The notes under the pieces were generated by a model, which did no database searches, was not told the origin of the DNA, and worked only from the letters and a program-made list of their open reading frames with translations. The position numbers and the translations under genes were made by a program. A stretch of 64,000 nt of DNA from an uncultured bacterium (lineage in GTDB: Bacteria; Margulisbacteria; WOR-1; JAKLHX01), in assembly GCA_964597815.1 (NCBI GenBank), contig CAZQZN010000002.1, positions 82,679-146,678 on the forward strand, in the 5' to 3' direction. Below are positions 38,213 through 50,000 of this stretch, in pieces; the stretch's first letter is position 1; every line of letters begins with the position of its first letter.

Positions 38213-39727
38213 TCAAGAATTGAGTATATAATTTAGCGTGGTAAAAACTCCAGAACCGGTAGGCCCTTTGGGAAGGTGTCTTATTTCTCTGTCAATAACT
38301 GCAGTGCCGGCAATATCAACATGAGCCCAAGTCGTATCGCCAACAAATTCTTTCAAGAAAATTGCTCCAGTGCTTGTACCGGCTTTGCCCAAATCCGAAC
38401 AATTTTTTATATCAGCGATTTCACTCTTTAGATATTCTCTATACTCTTCATAAAGAGGAAGCTGCCACAATCTTTCGCCAGATTTTTCAGCATTAAAAAT
38501 TATCTTTTCTATAAATTCTTTGTTGTTGCCAATAATTGCCGAAGCGATATCTCCAAGAGCAACTATACATGCACCAGTTAGTGTGGCAAAATCCAATATT
38601 TTTTCTGCTCCAAGTTTTTTTGCATAAGTTATTGCATCAGCAAGTATAAGTCGGCCTTCTGCATCAGTTGAAATTATTTCAACTGTTTTCCCAGACATTG
38701 TTTCAACAATATCTCCGGGTTTTAGTGCACCACCAGAAGGCATATTCTCAACAAGTGGAATAACTGCAAAAACATTTTTTTTAAGTTTCATTTTTGATAT
38801 CGCTTCCATAGCAAAAAGTACAGCAGCAGCACCTGCCATATCTTCCTTCATTTCATCCATCTTTTTAGAGGGCTTTAAAGAAATTCCTCCAGAATCAAAG
38901 GTTACTCCTTTGCCAATTAAAGCCATCGGCTTAGAATTTGTTTTTGCACCATTCCACTCAATCAATAAAACTACTGGAAGATTGTTGCTACCTTTGCCCA
39001 CACCCCATATAGCCCCCATTTTGAGCCGTTTTATTTCATTGAAGTTAATAATTTTGAGTTTTAACTTTGAAGCCGAGCATATTTTCTTTGCTTCTTCCGA
39101 AAAAACCTTTGGTGTTAAAAAATTAGATGGCATATTCACAAAATCGCGAGTTTTATTTGCTGCATTTGCGAAAATTCTCGCAACAGACAAGGCATTGTTA
39201 AAAACTTTCATATCCGTTTCATCAGAAAAAAGGACAAATGAATCAACTTGAATTTCTTTTTCGAAATCATCTTTTTTTGCTGACTTATAGTTTTTCAATA
39301 TATGGTTTCTTAAAAAAAGTGTTTCAAAAAATGTTTTTAGTGCATCAAATGGCGAATTGCCAATTACTGAATTTAATGGAAAAGATAAAAATGCAACACT
39401 TTTTTCTTTTATTTTTTTTGTCTGTTTTACAATTTCTGCGGAAACAATTCTTATCGCTTCAAGATCAAATTTTATTCTTTTGCCAAAACCAAGCAGAACA
39501 ATATATTTTTGAGGAAGCAAACCATTTGTTGTTATAATAACGCTTTGGCCGGCTTTTGGAATAAAAATTTTTTTTGAGAGCAAAAAAGATATTTGTTTGT
39601 TTATTTTCGAATCTATTTTTTCAACAAAAGAAGGCAATTTGGCTTCGTCTTCAAACAGACCAAATGCCAAAACTTCCGATCTTATATTTTTGATATCAAT
39701 ATTGCTTTTTAGCGATACTTCCATCAA
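38213..39727 (-). CDS. pepA: Leucyl aminopeptidase (M17 family)
   Basis: 504 aa. GKGVTFDSGG and NTDAEGRL motifs. Confidence 0.85.
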   Translation of the reverse strand: MMEVSLKSNIDIKNIRSEVLAFGLFEDEAKLPSFVEKIDSKINKQISFLLSKKIFIPKAGQSVIITTNGLLPQKYIVLLGFGKRIKFDLEAIRIVSAEIVKQTKKIKEKSVAFLSFPLNSVIGNSPFDALKTFFETLFLRNHILKNYKSAKKDDFEKEIQVDSFVLFSDETDMKVFNNALSVARIFANAANKTRDFVNMPSNFLTPKVFSEEAKKICSASKLKLKIINFNEIKRLKMGAIWGVGKGSNNLPVVLLIEWNGAKTNSKPMALIGKGVTFDSGGISLKPSKKMDEMKEDMAGAAAVLFAMEAISKMKLKKNVFAVIPLVENMPSGGALKPGDIVETMSGKTVEIISTDAEGRLILADAITYAKKLGAEKILDFATLTGACIVALGDIASAIIGNNKEFIEKIIFNAEKSGERLWQLPLYEEYREYLKSEIADIKNCSDLGKAGTSTGAIFLKEFVGDTTWAHVDIAGTAVIDREIRHLPKGPTGSGVFTTLNYILNS

Positions 39728-40311
39728 AATTCTACTTTAGGAGCGTTTTCCGCGCCTTTTACTGCTTGAAACAATGGTTTTTCTTTATCAAAACCAAACA
39801 TTCGGGCAATAATATTTGTCGGGAATGTTCTAACAGCAATATTGTAATTTTGAACTGACTCATTATATCTCATTCTTGCAACAGCAATCCTATTTTCTGT
39901 CCCCTCTAAATTGTCCATTAATTGCCTGAAATTGGCATCCGCTTTCAAGTTTGGATAATTTTCTGCAATAGCCAAAAGACGCGATAGAGCTCCTTCAAAA
40001 CCAGTTGCAGCATCAATTTTGTCTTTTACAGTTTTGGCACCTGCAAGTTTCGCTCTTGCTTCAGCAACTTGAATGAAAATATCTTTTTCGTGTTTTGCAT
40101 ATCCTTTGACAGTATTTACCAAATTTGGAATAAGATCCATTCTTCTTTGGTATTGGTTTTCAACTTGAGACCACGATGTTGAAACAGCAACATCTTTCGA
40201 AACCAAACTATTATAGCCACCAACAATCCATCCCAAAATTGCCAGTATTACTAATACAATCCCAATAACCCAAATCCATGTTTTTGACATAACTTTTTCC
40301 TCCTTAAACAA
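39724..40311 (-). CDS. lemA: LemA-family protein
   Basis: 195 aa. N-terminal TM plus the conserved LemA core (GYNSL...Q..RR.DLIPNLV..VKGYA.HE). Confidence 0.85.
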   Translation of the reverse strand: MFKEEKVMSKTWIWVIGIVLVILAILGWIVGGYNSLVSKDVAVSTSWSQVENQYQRRMDLIPNLVNTVKGYAKHEKDIFIQVAEARAKLAGAKTVKDKIDAATGFEGALSRLLAIAENYPNLKADANFRQLMDNLEGTENRIAVARMRYNESVQNYNIAVRTFPTNIIARMFGFDKEKPLFQAVKGAENAPKVEF

Positions 40312-40323
40312 TTATATTACATT

Positions 40324-41190
40324 TTACCAAGACCTTCCAGCACCACCACCACCAGAGGCGCCCCCGCTGAATCCACCAAAACCACCTCCGCTAAAACTAC
40401 CTCCACCAAATCCTCCTCCATACATACCACCGCCATAGTAATAATAACCGTTATTTGCAATTATTGCGCCAAAAACCGCCCCAAAAAACAACCCAAAAAT
40501 CCCAGCAAAAACAAATCCTAATATAGCGCCTAAAAATGAGCCAAATATCACATTATTTTTTTTGCCTCCTGTACGGAAGGAAATAATAAATGCTATTACG
40601 TAAAAAAGAATTAAAGCCCAAAGAATTATTGACTCAAACATTTTATTATGTCTTGTAACAGGAGCTTTTGGATCATATTCTTTCTCAATTTTTTCGGCAA
40701 TTACTAGGGCCGTTTCATACAAGCCCTGTCCATATTCACCTTTTTTGAAATAGGGCACTAATTTTTCATCTAAAACTCTTCCTGAAAATCCATCTGTGAT
40801 TATCCCTTCAAGCCCATAACCAACCTCAATCTCAACTCTTCTGTCATCAATTGCCGCCAAAATTAATATGCCGTTATCTTTTCCCTTTTCGCCAATGCCC
40901 CATTCTTTAAAAAGTTCAACAGCATAAGTTTTTGAGTCAAGGGGTGATGAAGATTTGATTGTAACAACAGCTAGTTCAGCTCCTGTTTTTTGCTTTAAGG
41001 ATTTTGCAAGTGAACCAATTCTGCCTTTGTTTATCGGGCCAATAACATTTGCAAAATCATTGACGTATCCTACATAAGAAGGAAATTTATATCCAGCATA
41101 GGCAATAAATCCAAATAAAAAAGCAAAAATTATTGCTATACACAACTTAATCTTTAGGTTCATTTTTTTACCCCCGCATATTTTATTCAA
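40324..41190 (-). CDS. TPM-domain protein with Gly-rich C-terminal tail
   Basis: 288 aa. YVNDFANVI...ELAVVTI TPM (DUF477) motif, TM helix, GGGFGGG tail. Canonical partner of LemA. Confidence 0.75.
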   Translation of the reverse strand: MNKICGGKKMNLKIKLCIAIIFAFLFGFIAYAGYKFPSYVGYVNDFANVIGPINKGRIGSLAKSLKQKTGAELAVVTIKSSSPLDSKTYAVELFKEWGIGEKGKDNGILILAAIDDRRVEIEVGYGLEGIITDGFSGRVLDEKLVPYFKKGEYGQGLYETALVIAEKIEKEYDPKAPVTRHNKMFESIILWALILFYVIAFIISFRTGGKKNNVIFGSFLGAILGFVFAGIFGLFFGAVFGAIIANNGYYYYGGGMYGGGFGGGSFSGGGFGGFSGGASGGGGAGRSW

Positions 41191-41602
41191 AAAATATTAA
41201 TAGCTCTCTTTTTGCACTTTCAACAGAATCTGAACCGTGAATTGTGTTTTTTATAACTTTACCGTTTTGGCTTTTTAATTTATAATCGCCTCTGATAGTC
41301 CCAGCTGGAGCCTCCTCTGGATTGGTCGGCCCAATTAAACTTCGAATAATGTTTATTGCATTTTCCCCTTCAATCTGCATAACTTTAACCTTACCTGACA
41401 TAATGTACTCGACTAATGGTTCAAAATATTTGTTATTTCTGTGAGCAGCATACAAACGTTCCGCTTGTTCTCTTGTAACAAAAATTTCTTTTTCTTTTAC
41501 AATTGACAACCCCGTATCTTTTATCCTCTTAAAAATTTCTTCGACTATTCCCCTTTCAAAAGCATCGGGTTTTATCATCACAAAAGTTTTTTCATAGGCC
41601 AC
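41183..41602 (-). CDS. ndk: Nucleoside-diphosphate kinase
   Basis: 139 aa. FVMIKPDAFERG and NTIHGSDS (active-site His) motifs. Confidence 0.9.
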   Translation of the reverse strand: MAYEKTFVMIKPDAFERGIVEEIFKRIKDTGLSIVKEKEIFVTREQAERLYAAHRNNKYFEPLVEYIMSGKVKVMQIEGENAINIIRSLIGPTNPEEAPAGTIRGDYKLKSQNGKVIKNTIHGSDSVESAKRELLIFFE

Positions 41603-43013
41603 GTTTTAATTCCTCTTTTGCTTCTTTAATTGAAAATACAACCCTGTTTAAAGCAGTGCCACCAACAATATCTTTGTGAGAAATGCTTGACTCAACTGTC
41701 AAATTGTCATGTATATCTTCGGTGATTTTATCACAGAACTTTTTATAATCTTTGCTTGACAACTGGAATAAATCTTTGCCGTTTTCAATGCAATGTTTTA
41801 CAATTTTGCCTGTTATCTCATGCGCTGTTCTAAACGGAATCCCTTTTCTGACAAGATAATCGGCAAGATCAGTTGCTGTTAAATTACCCTTTTCAGTAGC
41901 AGCTAACATATTATTTCTGTTTATTGTTGCGGTTCTCAACAATTTTTCCATGATTTGTAGTGATGGCTTTATTGTATCAATCGCATCAAACAACCTTTCT
42001 TTGTCCTCCTGCATATCACGATTATATGAAAGAGGGAGCCCTTTCATTATTGTCAAAAGCGCTATTAAATCTCCATAAACCCTTCCTGTTTTTCCTCTGA
42101 CAAGCTCAGCAGCGTCTGGATTTTTCTTCTGCGGCATAATGCTGGAGCCAGTGGTAAGCTCATCTGATAATTCAATAAACTTAAATTCGTTCGTGGACCA
42201 AATGATTATTTCTTCAGCCATTCTTGACAAATGCATCATGCATATTGCGCAAGCTGACAAAAACTCAATCACAAAATCTCTGTCGGAAACAGCATCAATG
42301 CTGTTTTTTGAAACAGAATCAAATCCCAGTTCTTTTGCAAGAAGATTCCTGTCTATGTTATAAGAAGTGCCAGCCAGAGCCGCTGAACCTAACGGCAAAA
42401 CATTTATTCTCCTTAAACAATCAGAAAATCTTTCCCTATCCCTCTTAAACATTTGATAATACGCCAAAAGATAATGTGAAAACAAAATCGGCTGAGCTTT
42501 TTGCATGTGAGTATAACCCGGCATAGCATAATCAATGTATTCTTCAGCCATCTTGACAAGTGTTTTTTGAAATTGCCTGATGAGCTCGTTTATTTCCAAC
42601 GTTTCTTCTCTTAAATACATTCTCAAATCTGTTACAACCTGATCGTTTCTGCTCCTGCCAGTGTGAATCTTTTTCCCTGCTTCACCAGTTAAATCTACAA
42701 GGAGTTTTTCTATGTTCATATGAACATCTTCATGCTCTTTTGAAAAAGTTATTTTGCCTTCTTGAATTTCTTTTTCTATTTTTGAAAGGGCTGAAACAAT
42801 CTTTTTATACTCATCATTATTTATAAGTTTTGCCTTTAATAAGGCCTTTGCATATGCTTTTGATCCCTCAATATCCTGTTTAAAGATTCGCTTGTCAAAA
42901 TGAATTGAAGATCCAAATTCTTCCAAAGATTTGTCAGTTGGAGAAGAAAACCTTCCTGACCACGCTTTTTTTGTCATAAAAATCTCCTTCCAGCGGGTTT
43001 TAGTCTTTGCCAA
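41592..43013 (-). CDS. argH: Argininosuccinate lyase
   Basis: 473 aa. WSGRFS N-terminus and [12 protein letters not shown] fumarate-lyase signature. Confidence 0.9.
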   Translation of the reverse strand: MAKTKTRWKEIFMTKKAWSGRFSSPTDKSLEEFGSSIHFDKRIFKQDIEGSKAYAKALLKAKLINNDEYKKIVSALSKIEKEIQEGKITFSKEHEDVHMNIEKLLVDLTGEAGKKIHTGRSRNDQVVTDLRMYLREETLEINELIRQFQKTLVKMAEEYIDYAMPGYTHMQKAQPILFSHYLLAYYQMFKRDRERFSDCLRRINVLPLGSAALAGTSYNIDRNLLAKELGFDSVSKNSIDAVSDRDFVIEFLSACAICMMHLSRMAEEIIIWSTNEFKFIELSDELTTGSSIMPQKKNPDAAELVRGKTGRVYGDLIALLTIMKGLPLSYNRDMQEDKERLFDAIDTIKPSLQIMEKLLRTATINRNNMLAATEKGNLTATDLADYLVRKGIPFRTAHEITGKIVKHCIENGKDLFQLSSKDYKKFCDKITEDIHDNLTVESSISHKDIVGGTALNRVVFSIKEAKEELKRGL

Positions 43014-44190
43014 TACCTTTCATCTGCAATCCAAACAATTTTATAAATCCTTCAGCGTCTTTTTGGTCATAAACTTTATCTTCTTCAAAGGTGGCAAGTG
43101 ATGGATTATAGAGAGAATTTTGAGATTTTCGGCCAACAACCAAGCAAGAACCTTTGAAAAGCTTAACTCTTACAATGCCATTCACCTTTTCTTGAGTTGA
43201 ATCGACAAATGCATCAAGCGCCTTTCTAAGAGGGCTAAACCACTGGCCATTATAAATAATTTCAGCGTATTTTATGGATAATTTCTGCTTGAAATGAAAA
43301 ACCTCTTTTTCCAAAGTTATAGTTTCAAGTGCTCTATGAGCCGCCATTAAAACCGTTCCAGCCGGAGTTTCATAAACCCCTCTTGATTTAATCCCAACCA
43401 ACCTGTTTTCAACTATATCAACTCTGCCAACGCCGTTTTCACCGGCAATTTTATTTAATTTCGTGAGAAGATCAACAGGAGAATATTTCTTGCCATTTAA
43501 TCCAACCGGACATCCTTTTTTAAATTCTATCTCGACAAATGTTGGTTTGTTTGGCGCTTTTTCAGGAGATTTAGTCAAAACAAACATTTTTTCATCCGGC
43601 GCAACAAAAGGATCTTCAAGTATTCCACCTTCATAGCTTATGTGCCAAAGATTTCTATCCATAGAATATGGTTTTGATTTCGTTACATTAACCGGTATTT
43701 TATGTTTTTTTGCATATTCAATTTCTTCAGTTCGGGATTTGATTTCCCACTCGCGCCATGGAGCAATTATTTTTAACTCAGGCGCCAAAGACATAAAAGT
43801 AAGTTCAAATCTGACTTGATCATTGCCTTTCCCAGTTGCCCCGTGAGCAACTGCATCCGCTTTTTCTTTCTTTGCAATTTCTACCTGCCTTTTTGCAATC
43901 AACGGTCTGGCAATTGAGGTTCCAAGCAGATATTGTTCTTCATAAATCGCTCCGGCTTTTATCATTTTGAAAAGATATTCTTTTGCAAACTCTTCTTTCA
44001 AATCTTCAATGTAAATCTTGGAAGCACCGGTTTTTAGCGCTTTTTGCTTTAATCCGGAAAGTTCCTCAGCCTGCCCAACATCAGCGGCATAAGCAACAAC
44101 TTCGCAGTCGTACTTTTCTTTGATCCATTTGATCATTATTGATGTGTCTAACCCGCCTGAATATGCCAAAACAACTTTTTTTATACTCAT
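43000..44190 (-). CDS. argG: Argininosuccinate synthase
   Basis: 396 aa. [11 protein letters not shown]-loop. Confidence 0.9.
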   Translation of the reverse strand: MSIKKVVLAYSGGLDTSIMIKWIKEKYDCEVVAYAADVGQAEELSGLKQKALKTGASKIYIEDLKEEFAKEYLFKMIKAGAIYEEQYLLGTSIARPLIAKRQVEIAKKEKADAVAHGATGKGNDQVRFELTFMSLAPELKIIAPWREWEIKSRTEEIEYAKKHKIPVNVTKSKPYSMDRNLWHISYEGGILEDPFVAPDEKMFVLTKSPEKAPNKPTFVEIEFKKGCPVGLNGKKYSPVDLLTKLNKIAGENGVGRVDIVENRLVGIKSRGVYETPAGTVLMAAHRALETITLEKEVFHFKQKLSIKYAEIIYNGQWFSPLRKALDAFVDSTQEKVNGIVRVKLFKGSCLVVGRKSQNSLYNPSLATFEEDKVYDQKDAEGFIKLFGLQMKGIGKD

Positions 44191-44212
44191 AAAAGCTCTA
44201 TGCCTTTCTAAT

Positions 44213-45085
44213 TTAATTCAATAGTTTCAAAAGAAGCGCTTTCTGCACATGCAAGCGATTTTCTGCCTGATCAAAAACAATAGAATTTTTACTGTCAATT
44301 ACATCATCTGTTATTTCTTCTCCGCGGTGTGCAGGCAAGCAATGCATGATTAACACATCCTTTTTGCTAAATGATAAAAGTTTTGAGTTTACCTGATAAT
44401 TCTTAAAAATCTTCTTCCTCTTTTTTGCTTCTTTTTCCTGCCCCATAGATGTCCAAACATCGGTATAAATAACATCTGCATCTTTGACAGCTTCAAAGGG
44501 ATCATAAACTATTTTCGAATTCTCAAGTTCATAACCAATCGGACAACTTAAAACAAACTCAATTCCTAAAATCAGGCACAATTCATTAAGAGAACGCGCA
44601 ACATTATTTCCATCACCAACAAAAACAATCTTCAGATTTTTCAAGTTTTTTTTCTTTTCTTTTATTGTAAAGATGTCAGCAAGTGCTTGACATGGATGGC
44701 TGTAATCGCTTAAAGCATTAATAACAGGAACTGACGAATTGTCTTTAATCTCAATTAAATTTTGGTGTTCAAAAGTTCTCACAATTATGCAGTCAACATA
44801 TCTTGACAAAGTTTTTGAAAAATCAGATAAAGATTCTCTGCTTCCAATTCTAACTGATTCGTTGTTTAATACTACAATATGCCCGCCAAGCTGATAAACG
44901 CCTGTTTCAAAAGAAACTCTTGTCCTTGTTGAGGGTTTTTCGAAAACCAAGGCAATTGTTTTGTTAGCCAAATTCCGTCCAAAAGGGCGCTTTTTCAGTT
45001 TTGTTGAAAGTGAAAAAATTTCCTCAACTTCTTTTTTTGAAAGATCATTTATAGACAATAAATGCTTCACTGCTTGTTTAGTCAT
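44213..45085 (-). CDS. argF: Ornithine carbamoyltransferase
   Basis: 290 aa. STRTRVSFE carbamoyl-phosphate binding. The HCLP motif points to OTC and away from ATCase. Confidence 0.8.
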   Translation of the reverse strand: MTKQAVKHLLSINDLSKKEVEEIFSLSTKLKKRPFGRNLANKTIALVFEKPSTRTRVSFETGVYQLGGHIVVLNNESVRIGSRESLSDFSKTLSRYVDCIIVRTFEHQNLIEIKDNSSVPVINALSDYSHPCQALADIFTIKEKKKNLKNLKIVFVGDGNNVARSLNELCLILGIEFVLSCPIGYELENSKIVYDPFEAVKDADVIYTDVWTSMGQEKEAKKRKKIFKNYQVNSKLLSFSKKDVLIMHCLPAHRGEEITDDVIDSKNSIVFDQAENRLHVQKALLLKLLN

Positions 45086-45159
45086 TTTGAGTATATTATG
45101 ATAACATATTTTTAATTAACTTGGCAAAAAGTTTTGAGGGGTTAAAACCTAGTAATCAT

Positions 45160-45777
45160 TTAAGTTTGTTCAATCTTCCGAACAATTCCAAAAATATTTG
45201 AAATGTGCAATGGCCCAAAATGCCTGCTATCATACATACTGTTTCTATTATCTGCCAAAACAAAAAGATGGTATTTTGGTATTCTTAATGGGCTCATATC
45301 TTTTAGAGTTCCCAAAGTGTTATATGGTTCTTCTAATATTGAATCGTTTATAAATATACGGCCATTGCTAAATGATATCTTTTCTTTAGGAAAACCTATA
45401 ACCCTTTTTATATACCCGAGATCGTCAATAGGATTCCAAAAGCATATTATTTCAAACCTTTTAGGCAATTTTGGATCAAAAAAACCGCCTAAATACTTAA
45501 CAAAATCATAATAAACTCTATCACCCTCCTTTACATTTGGAAGCATACAAGTTCTTTCAATTAAAGCGTGGCTGCCTTGATTAGGAACATTACAGTATGC
45601 TCTCTGAATGAATTTATACACCAGCCCTTTGATTTCAACATTGGGTCTTAAAATTATCCCATCATCGCTAGTTTTTCTTGCCTTATCAACCATCTTTAGC
45701 GCTAATGGATATCTTCTTTGAACAAAAGAAATAGGAACAATTTTTCTAACCAATGAATTAACAATATTTGAAAACAT
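45160..45777 (-). CDS. S26-family signal peptidase I homolog (atypical, no N-terminal TM anchor evident)
   Basis: 205 aa. Box D IKRVIGFP (Lys) and box E LADNRNSMYDSRHFGPL are present. Box B is interrupted (GSHALIERTCMLP). The N-terminal 40 aa are not hydrophobic. Confidence 0.65.
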   Translation of the reverse strand: MFSNIVNSLVRKIVPISFVQRRYPLALKMVDKARKTSDDGIILRPNVEIKGLVYKFIQRAYCNVPNQGSHALIERTCMLPNVKEGDRVYYDFVKYLGGFFDPKLPKRFEIICFWNPIDDLGYIKRVIGFPKEKISFSNGRIFINDSILEEPYNTLGTLKDMSPLRIPKYHLFVLADNRNSMYDSRHFGPLHISNIFGIVRKIEQT

Positions 45778-45902
45778 TTCAATTTGATATCGATTGGTTT
45801 TTAAATAAATTTCAGATTAACTTGGATTGGAAGGATTTTAACAGTGCAGGCAATTGACTTGACATCAAATAGAAATGCTGATTTTTATTTTCAAAAGCTT
45901 TA

Positions 45903-47015
45903 CTAGTGAGTCCCGTTATTTTTATCTATTTCAAGTTCAAGCATCTTTTTAGCCATTTTTGGCGTAAAGTTAATCAATTGACTTTCATTGTTCCACCATC
46001 TACGGGGCCACCAGTGAATGTAATTAAGATTGTTGCCGTCAACTTCAATTCCATTATTTGCAAGTAGAGTTCCTAACACTTCTGAAAATTTTTGTTTCTT
46101 TTTATAAATTTCAAGTCCCTCATAATCATTGCCAAGCAACTTTTTCTGTTTTAAAATTTGTTCTAATTCAGATCGTAAATAACCATATTCTTTTAAATTA
46201 AAAATATCATCTAATTTCACATATTTTCTAAGATTTGAAAAATACTTAAGCGAAATTATTTTATTTCCATCAATATCTTTTGTTTCATCACTTAGAAACC
46301 GGTCAATTATCGGCTTATTTAGTTTGGAAGTATCAAGATTCCAATTGTTTTCTTTTGATAAAAGCTCTATGACCCCCTTTATTACAAGAGGTTTATTTTC
46401 GTCCGAAATATCAGCAAAACCAGATTCTGGATATTCTTCCCCCATTACTCTTGTTAAGGCATTTTGATATTTCGACGTTATAAGTGATTGAATTTCTTTA
46501 AAAACTCCTCGGTTTTCATCTTTATTTAAATCATCAAATGAAATTTCAAAACTGTCTTGCAAAGTAGATAGAATACTATAATCATTTGAAGAACCTTTAT
46601 TATCAACGGTTTCCGTACTCGTAGCAGCAGAATTTTTAGAAAATTGTTCAGGATTAGCGTTGCATTGATCTTCAATAGAAGTTTCTTTTTTCACTTCACT
46701 TGATTCAGTATCAGAAGCGGTTTGTTTAACTTGGACAGAAGCCTTTTTGCATTCTTTTAATGATTCAACATCAATTCTTAATTCCATTCCCACTTTCAAT
46801 TTTTTGGGATCTATCCCACCGTTGTCGGATTGAATTTTTTTCCACATCATCTCAACATTCAACGATTTGTCTCTTAAAATGAAATCCTTCACAGCCCTTG
46901 AAATTTCATAAAGAGTATCCCCTCTCTCAACTTTTATCCTATATTGCCCATTATCCTGAACAATTCTTGGCCCTATTTTATCTGATGTATTTGCAACCCA
47001 GCTCATAATTATCAT
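45903..47015 (-). CDS. LysM-domain protein (N-terminal LysM, C-terminal region unknown)
   Basis: 370 aa. YRIKVERGDTLYEISRAV...LNVEMMWKKIQSDNGGIDPKKLKVGMELRI fits the LysM consensus. No signal peptide. Last gene of the giant-protein operon. Confidence 0.55.
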   Translation of the reverse strand: MIIMSWVANTSDKIGPRIVQDNGQYRIKVERGDTLYEISRAVKDFILRDKSLNVEMMWKKIQSDNGGIDPKKLKVGMELRIDVESLKECKKASVQVKQTASDTESSEVKKETSIEDQCNANPEQFSKNSAATSTETVDNKGSSNDYSILSTLQDSFEISFDDLNKDENRGVFKEIQSLITSKYQNALTRVMGEEYPESGFADISDENKPLVIKGVIELLSKENNWNLDTSKLNKPIIDRFLSDETKDIDGNKIISLKYFSNLRKYVKLDDIFNLKEYGYLRSELEQILKQKKLLGNDYEGLEIYKKKQKFSEVLGTLLANNGIEVDGNNLNYIHWWPRRWWNNESQLINFTPKMAKKMLELEIDKNNGTH

Positions 47016-47027
47016 CCTCCTTTGTTT

Positions 47028-50000
47028 TTACACTCCTAAAGCAGGATTGTAATGATAATAACTTTGATCAATTCTGTGATACGCCAAAATTTTATCGTCA
47101 GATAACAACTGTGCCATCTGTGGAGTAATATATTTTACATCATATTTTGTCGTTGTGAAAAACCCGGACAACCCCTTGTTTTTGGTTTTAACTTCTTTAT
47201 TGTTTGCAGACAGCAATAATCCAATCGCCTGAGATATTACAGCAGTAAATACATCATCTGACAAAGAGTCAATGTCAATATTAGAATCTAACCCCATATC
47301 TTTTAATGCCCACACCAAAGCCCCTTTTCTTTTAAGGATCTCAATAAGTTCTGAAGAAATATTTTGGTAGTTTCTTATCTGATTTACTGCTATCGTTGCA
47401 TCTTTAATGCCTGCTAATTCTTTAAGCGAAATGTTTGGCTTTATCAACTGTTGGCTTTCAAAGATATCATACAGAAATTTTACAACTACGAAGTTAAAGG
47501 AAATTAGATCTTGATCTGAAATTTGCCAATCTTTCTCTTCAGCTAATTCCTTTATAGCAAAACCTACAACAGTTGCAAATTTTTGTGGGTCAGAATTTTC
47601 AAGTTCCTCAATTGTTTTTAAGCCAAATTTTTCAAGGGCTTTTTCTAATGCACAAGAATTAGTTAATGCTTGTTTAGTTTCATCCCAAAGTTTTTTATAA
47701 CTTTTCAGTGTATAAATGTTTACATCATCTAAATTTATACCAATTCTTCTTAGAAAAGCAATTTCAGCTGGACTTTTCTTTTTGGATAAATTTGAAAGAC
47801 TAAAATAATTATTATAGAAAGCCTCCATAATAACGTTCGTATCACTTGCATTTAAATTTACCAGCATTTCCCTTGTTTCTTCAGGCAGATGTTCAAATAT
47901 AAATTTATTTGCTTCTTCTAAAAATTTTTTGTTTTCGGCAATCATATCTTCTTTTGTTATAACAGGAGAGATCCCCGTTCGTTTCCAAAATTCATCGGGA
48001 GAATATTTGTTTGCCAGAGATGGATCTTTAAAGTATTCATCCATCATATTTCTTACAATCAAATTTTCATTGGAATCTATCATTTTCACAAACTTTTGAA
48101 CAGTGCCAGAATTATAAACCAACGGCAAACGGTTTTGAAAAGTTTCTCTTTCTCCGCTTTGTTTTGATACAAGCCATCTCCAATTAGGACAAATTTTGTC
48201 AATATATTCTTCCTCAGTATAATCCTTTCTCCAAGCGCCTTTTCCAAATAATAAATTTAAATTTTGCATCTCTTGCCCAACAACTTTTTCTGTTGTGCCC
48301 TGAACCAATGTGACGCCTAAATATGTTGTGTCCTTATTTTTGTCGAGTGTATTTATAGTTGTACCCAGAATATTTTTATACCCAAGCCGTGAAAGAAGAA
48401 TTATATCTTCAGCATTAAAATTGAATGCCTTAACTTCTAATTTGCTTGAAATTTTTTGTAAAATATCTATTGCTTCCCTTTGATCTGTTATAGCTGTTCC
48501 ACCAGTATTAATTGTTCCAGATATCCATCCTCTAAGAGAATTTTTGACTCCAATTAACTTATTGCTATTTTGTTCATTTTTTGATATATCATCTAAGATT
48601 TCAAGAATCTTGTTTTGCTGATCAATAGTCTGATAAAAAACTCCTCCTAAAAACCCTATTCCGCCAGCAGTAATAGCAATCGGAGCAATTGATAATGCGG
48701 CGGCAGAAAAGCCATAAGTTAAAACCCCGGTTCCAAGACCAATTCCACCACCTCCAGCAACAGAGGAAACAAATGAAAGTGTATAATCTTTCACATTATC
48801 ATCAGTTGTACGGCCATTATTAAAACCATTCCTCGCAGCAAAGCCAGCAGAAGCTACTGTAGCAAAAACAGCTCTGGGTGAAATTGCCTTTGAAAAAGCT
48901 TGTGGCAATAGTTTTTCAACAGTAGAAGAAGCTATTGCTGATGAAAATTTGGATTGAATTATATTAGAAATATATCCAGACAATGATGAAATATGTTCAA
49001 TTGCCTGTGGATTTGAAAACAAATATTGAGACAACATATTTAAATTAGATAACCCATCAATATATTCAATCTTGCCTTCTGAAAATTGTTTTACTTTGCC
49101 GTTTTCTCCTAAATACTCCTCATTTAGCCAATTTATCAATGTTGCCTCAAAAGCTTTTCTGGAAGCCATATTTATACCTACGCCGGCAGATGTCCTTGTA
49201 ATAAATTGAGCAACCTCATTATTAAACGGAATCTTCAAAGTAGCTAATAAAATTTGTGGTGCTTCAAACAACATATTTGATACAGAGCCTTGAAGCATTT
49301 TAACAGTCATCATTTTGTAATAATATTCCCTCAAATATGGATTATTACTTGCCATTAAATCTTTATTCTTTTTGACATTTTGATCATAATATTGAGTAAT
49401 CAGCGGATCAACATCACTCTCAGCCCAAGTTATTGCATCATCCAACAATCCAGAAACAGCCATTGCCGCCAAATTAGTTCCTGTAAAATTAATTTTTTTG
49501 ATAACAGACGCTTTTTGCCATAGCTCCAAATTAGAATAATTTGTTCCCCAAATTGAGGCGCTAATATAATCTTGAATTAAATTGTCCCTTGCCGCAAAAA
49601 ATGCTCCTCTGATTGCAGATTCCCATGCCCTTTCAAATGATTGAATCCAATAATCCTTCGTTTTTATATTGCTAAAACCATTATTATATAGTTCCGGTAT
49701 TAAATTAAAAACCAGTAAATCCATTGCAAATCCCATCATGCCACCTGTATCAATTGATCTGGAAGCATCTTTTGCAATTGAATCACATAGGCCTCGTATT
49801 TTTGTGCTCATATTTTTTACTCTTTGACGAAAAGTCAACTTTCCATCGCCTTCAACTTGTTCAGTAGGAAATAAAAAACTAGTAGCAAATTCAGCTAACA
49901 CATGTGAATTTTTTCTTCTATCTTCTTCAGTCATATCGGAGAATTTTTCTCTGTAATAAATCTCAAAGATTTCATGCACAACAGCGCTGGCCAATCGTCT

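Noticed and set aside
45086-45159. Possible ARG-box operator upstream of argF
   Set aside because: I could not find a convincing match to the TNTGAATWWWWATTCANW consensus. There is only AT-rich sequence.
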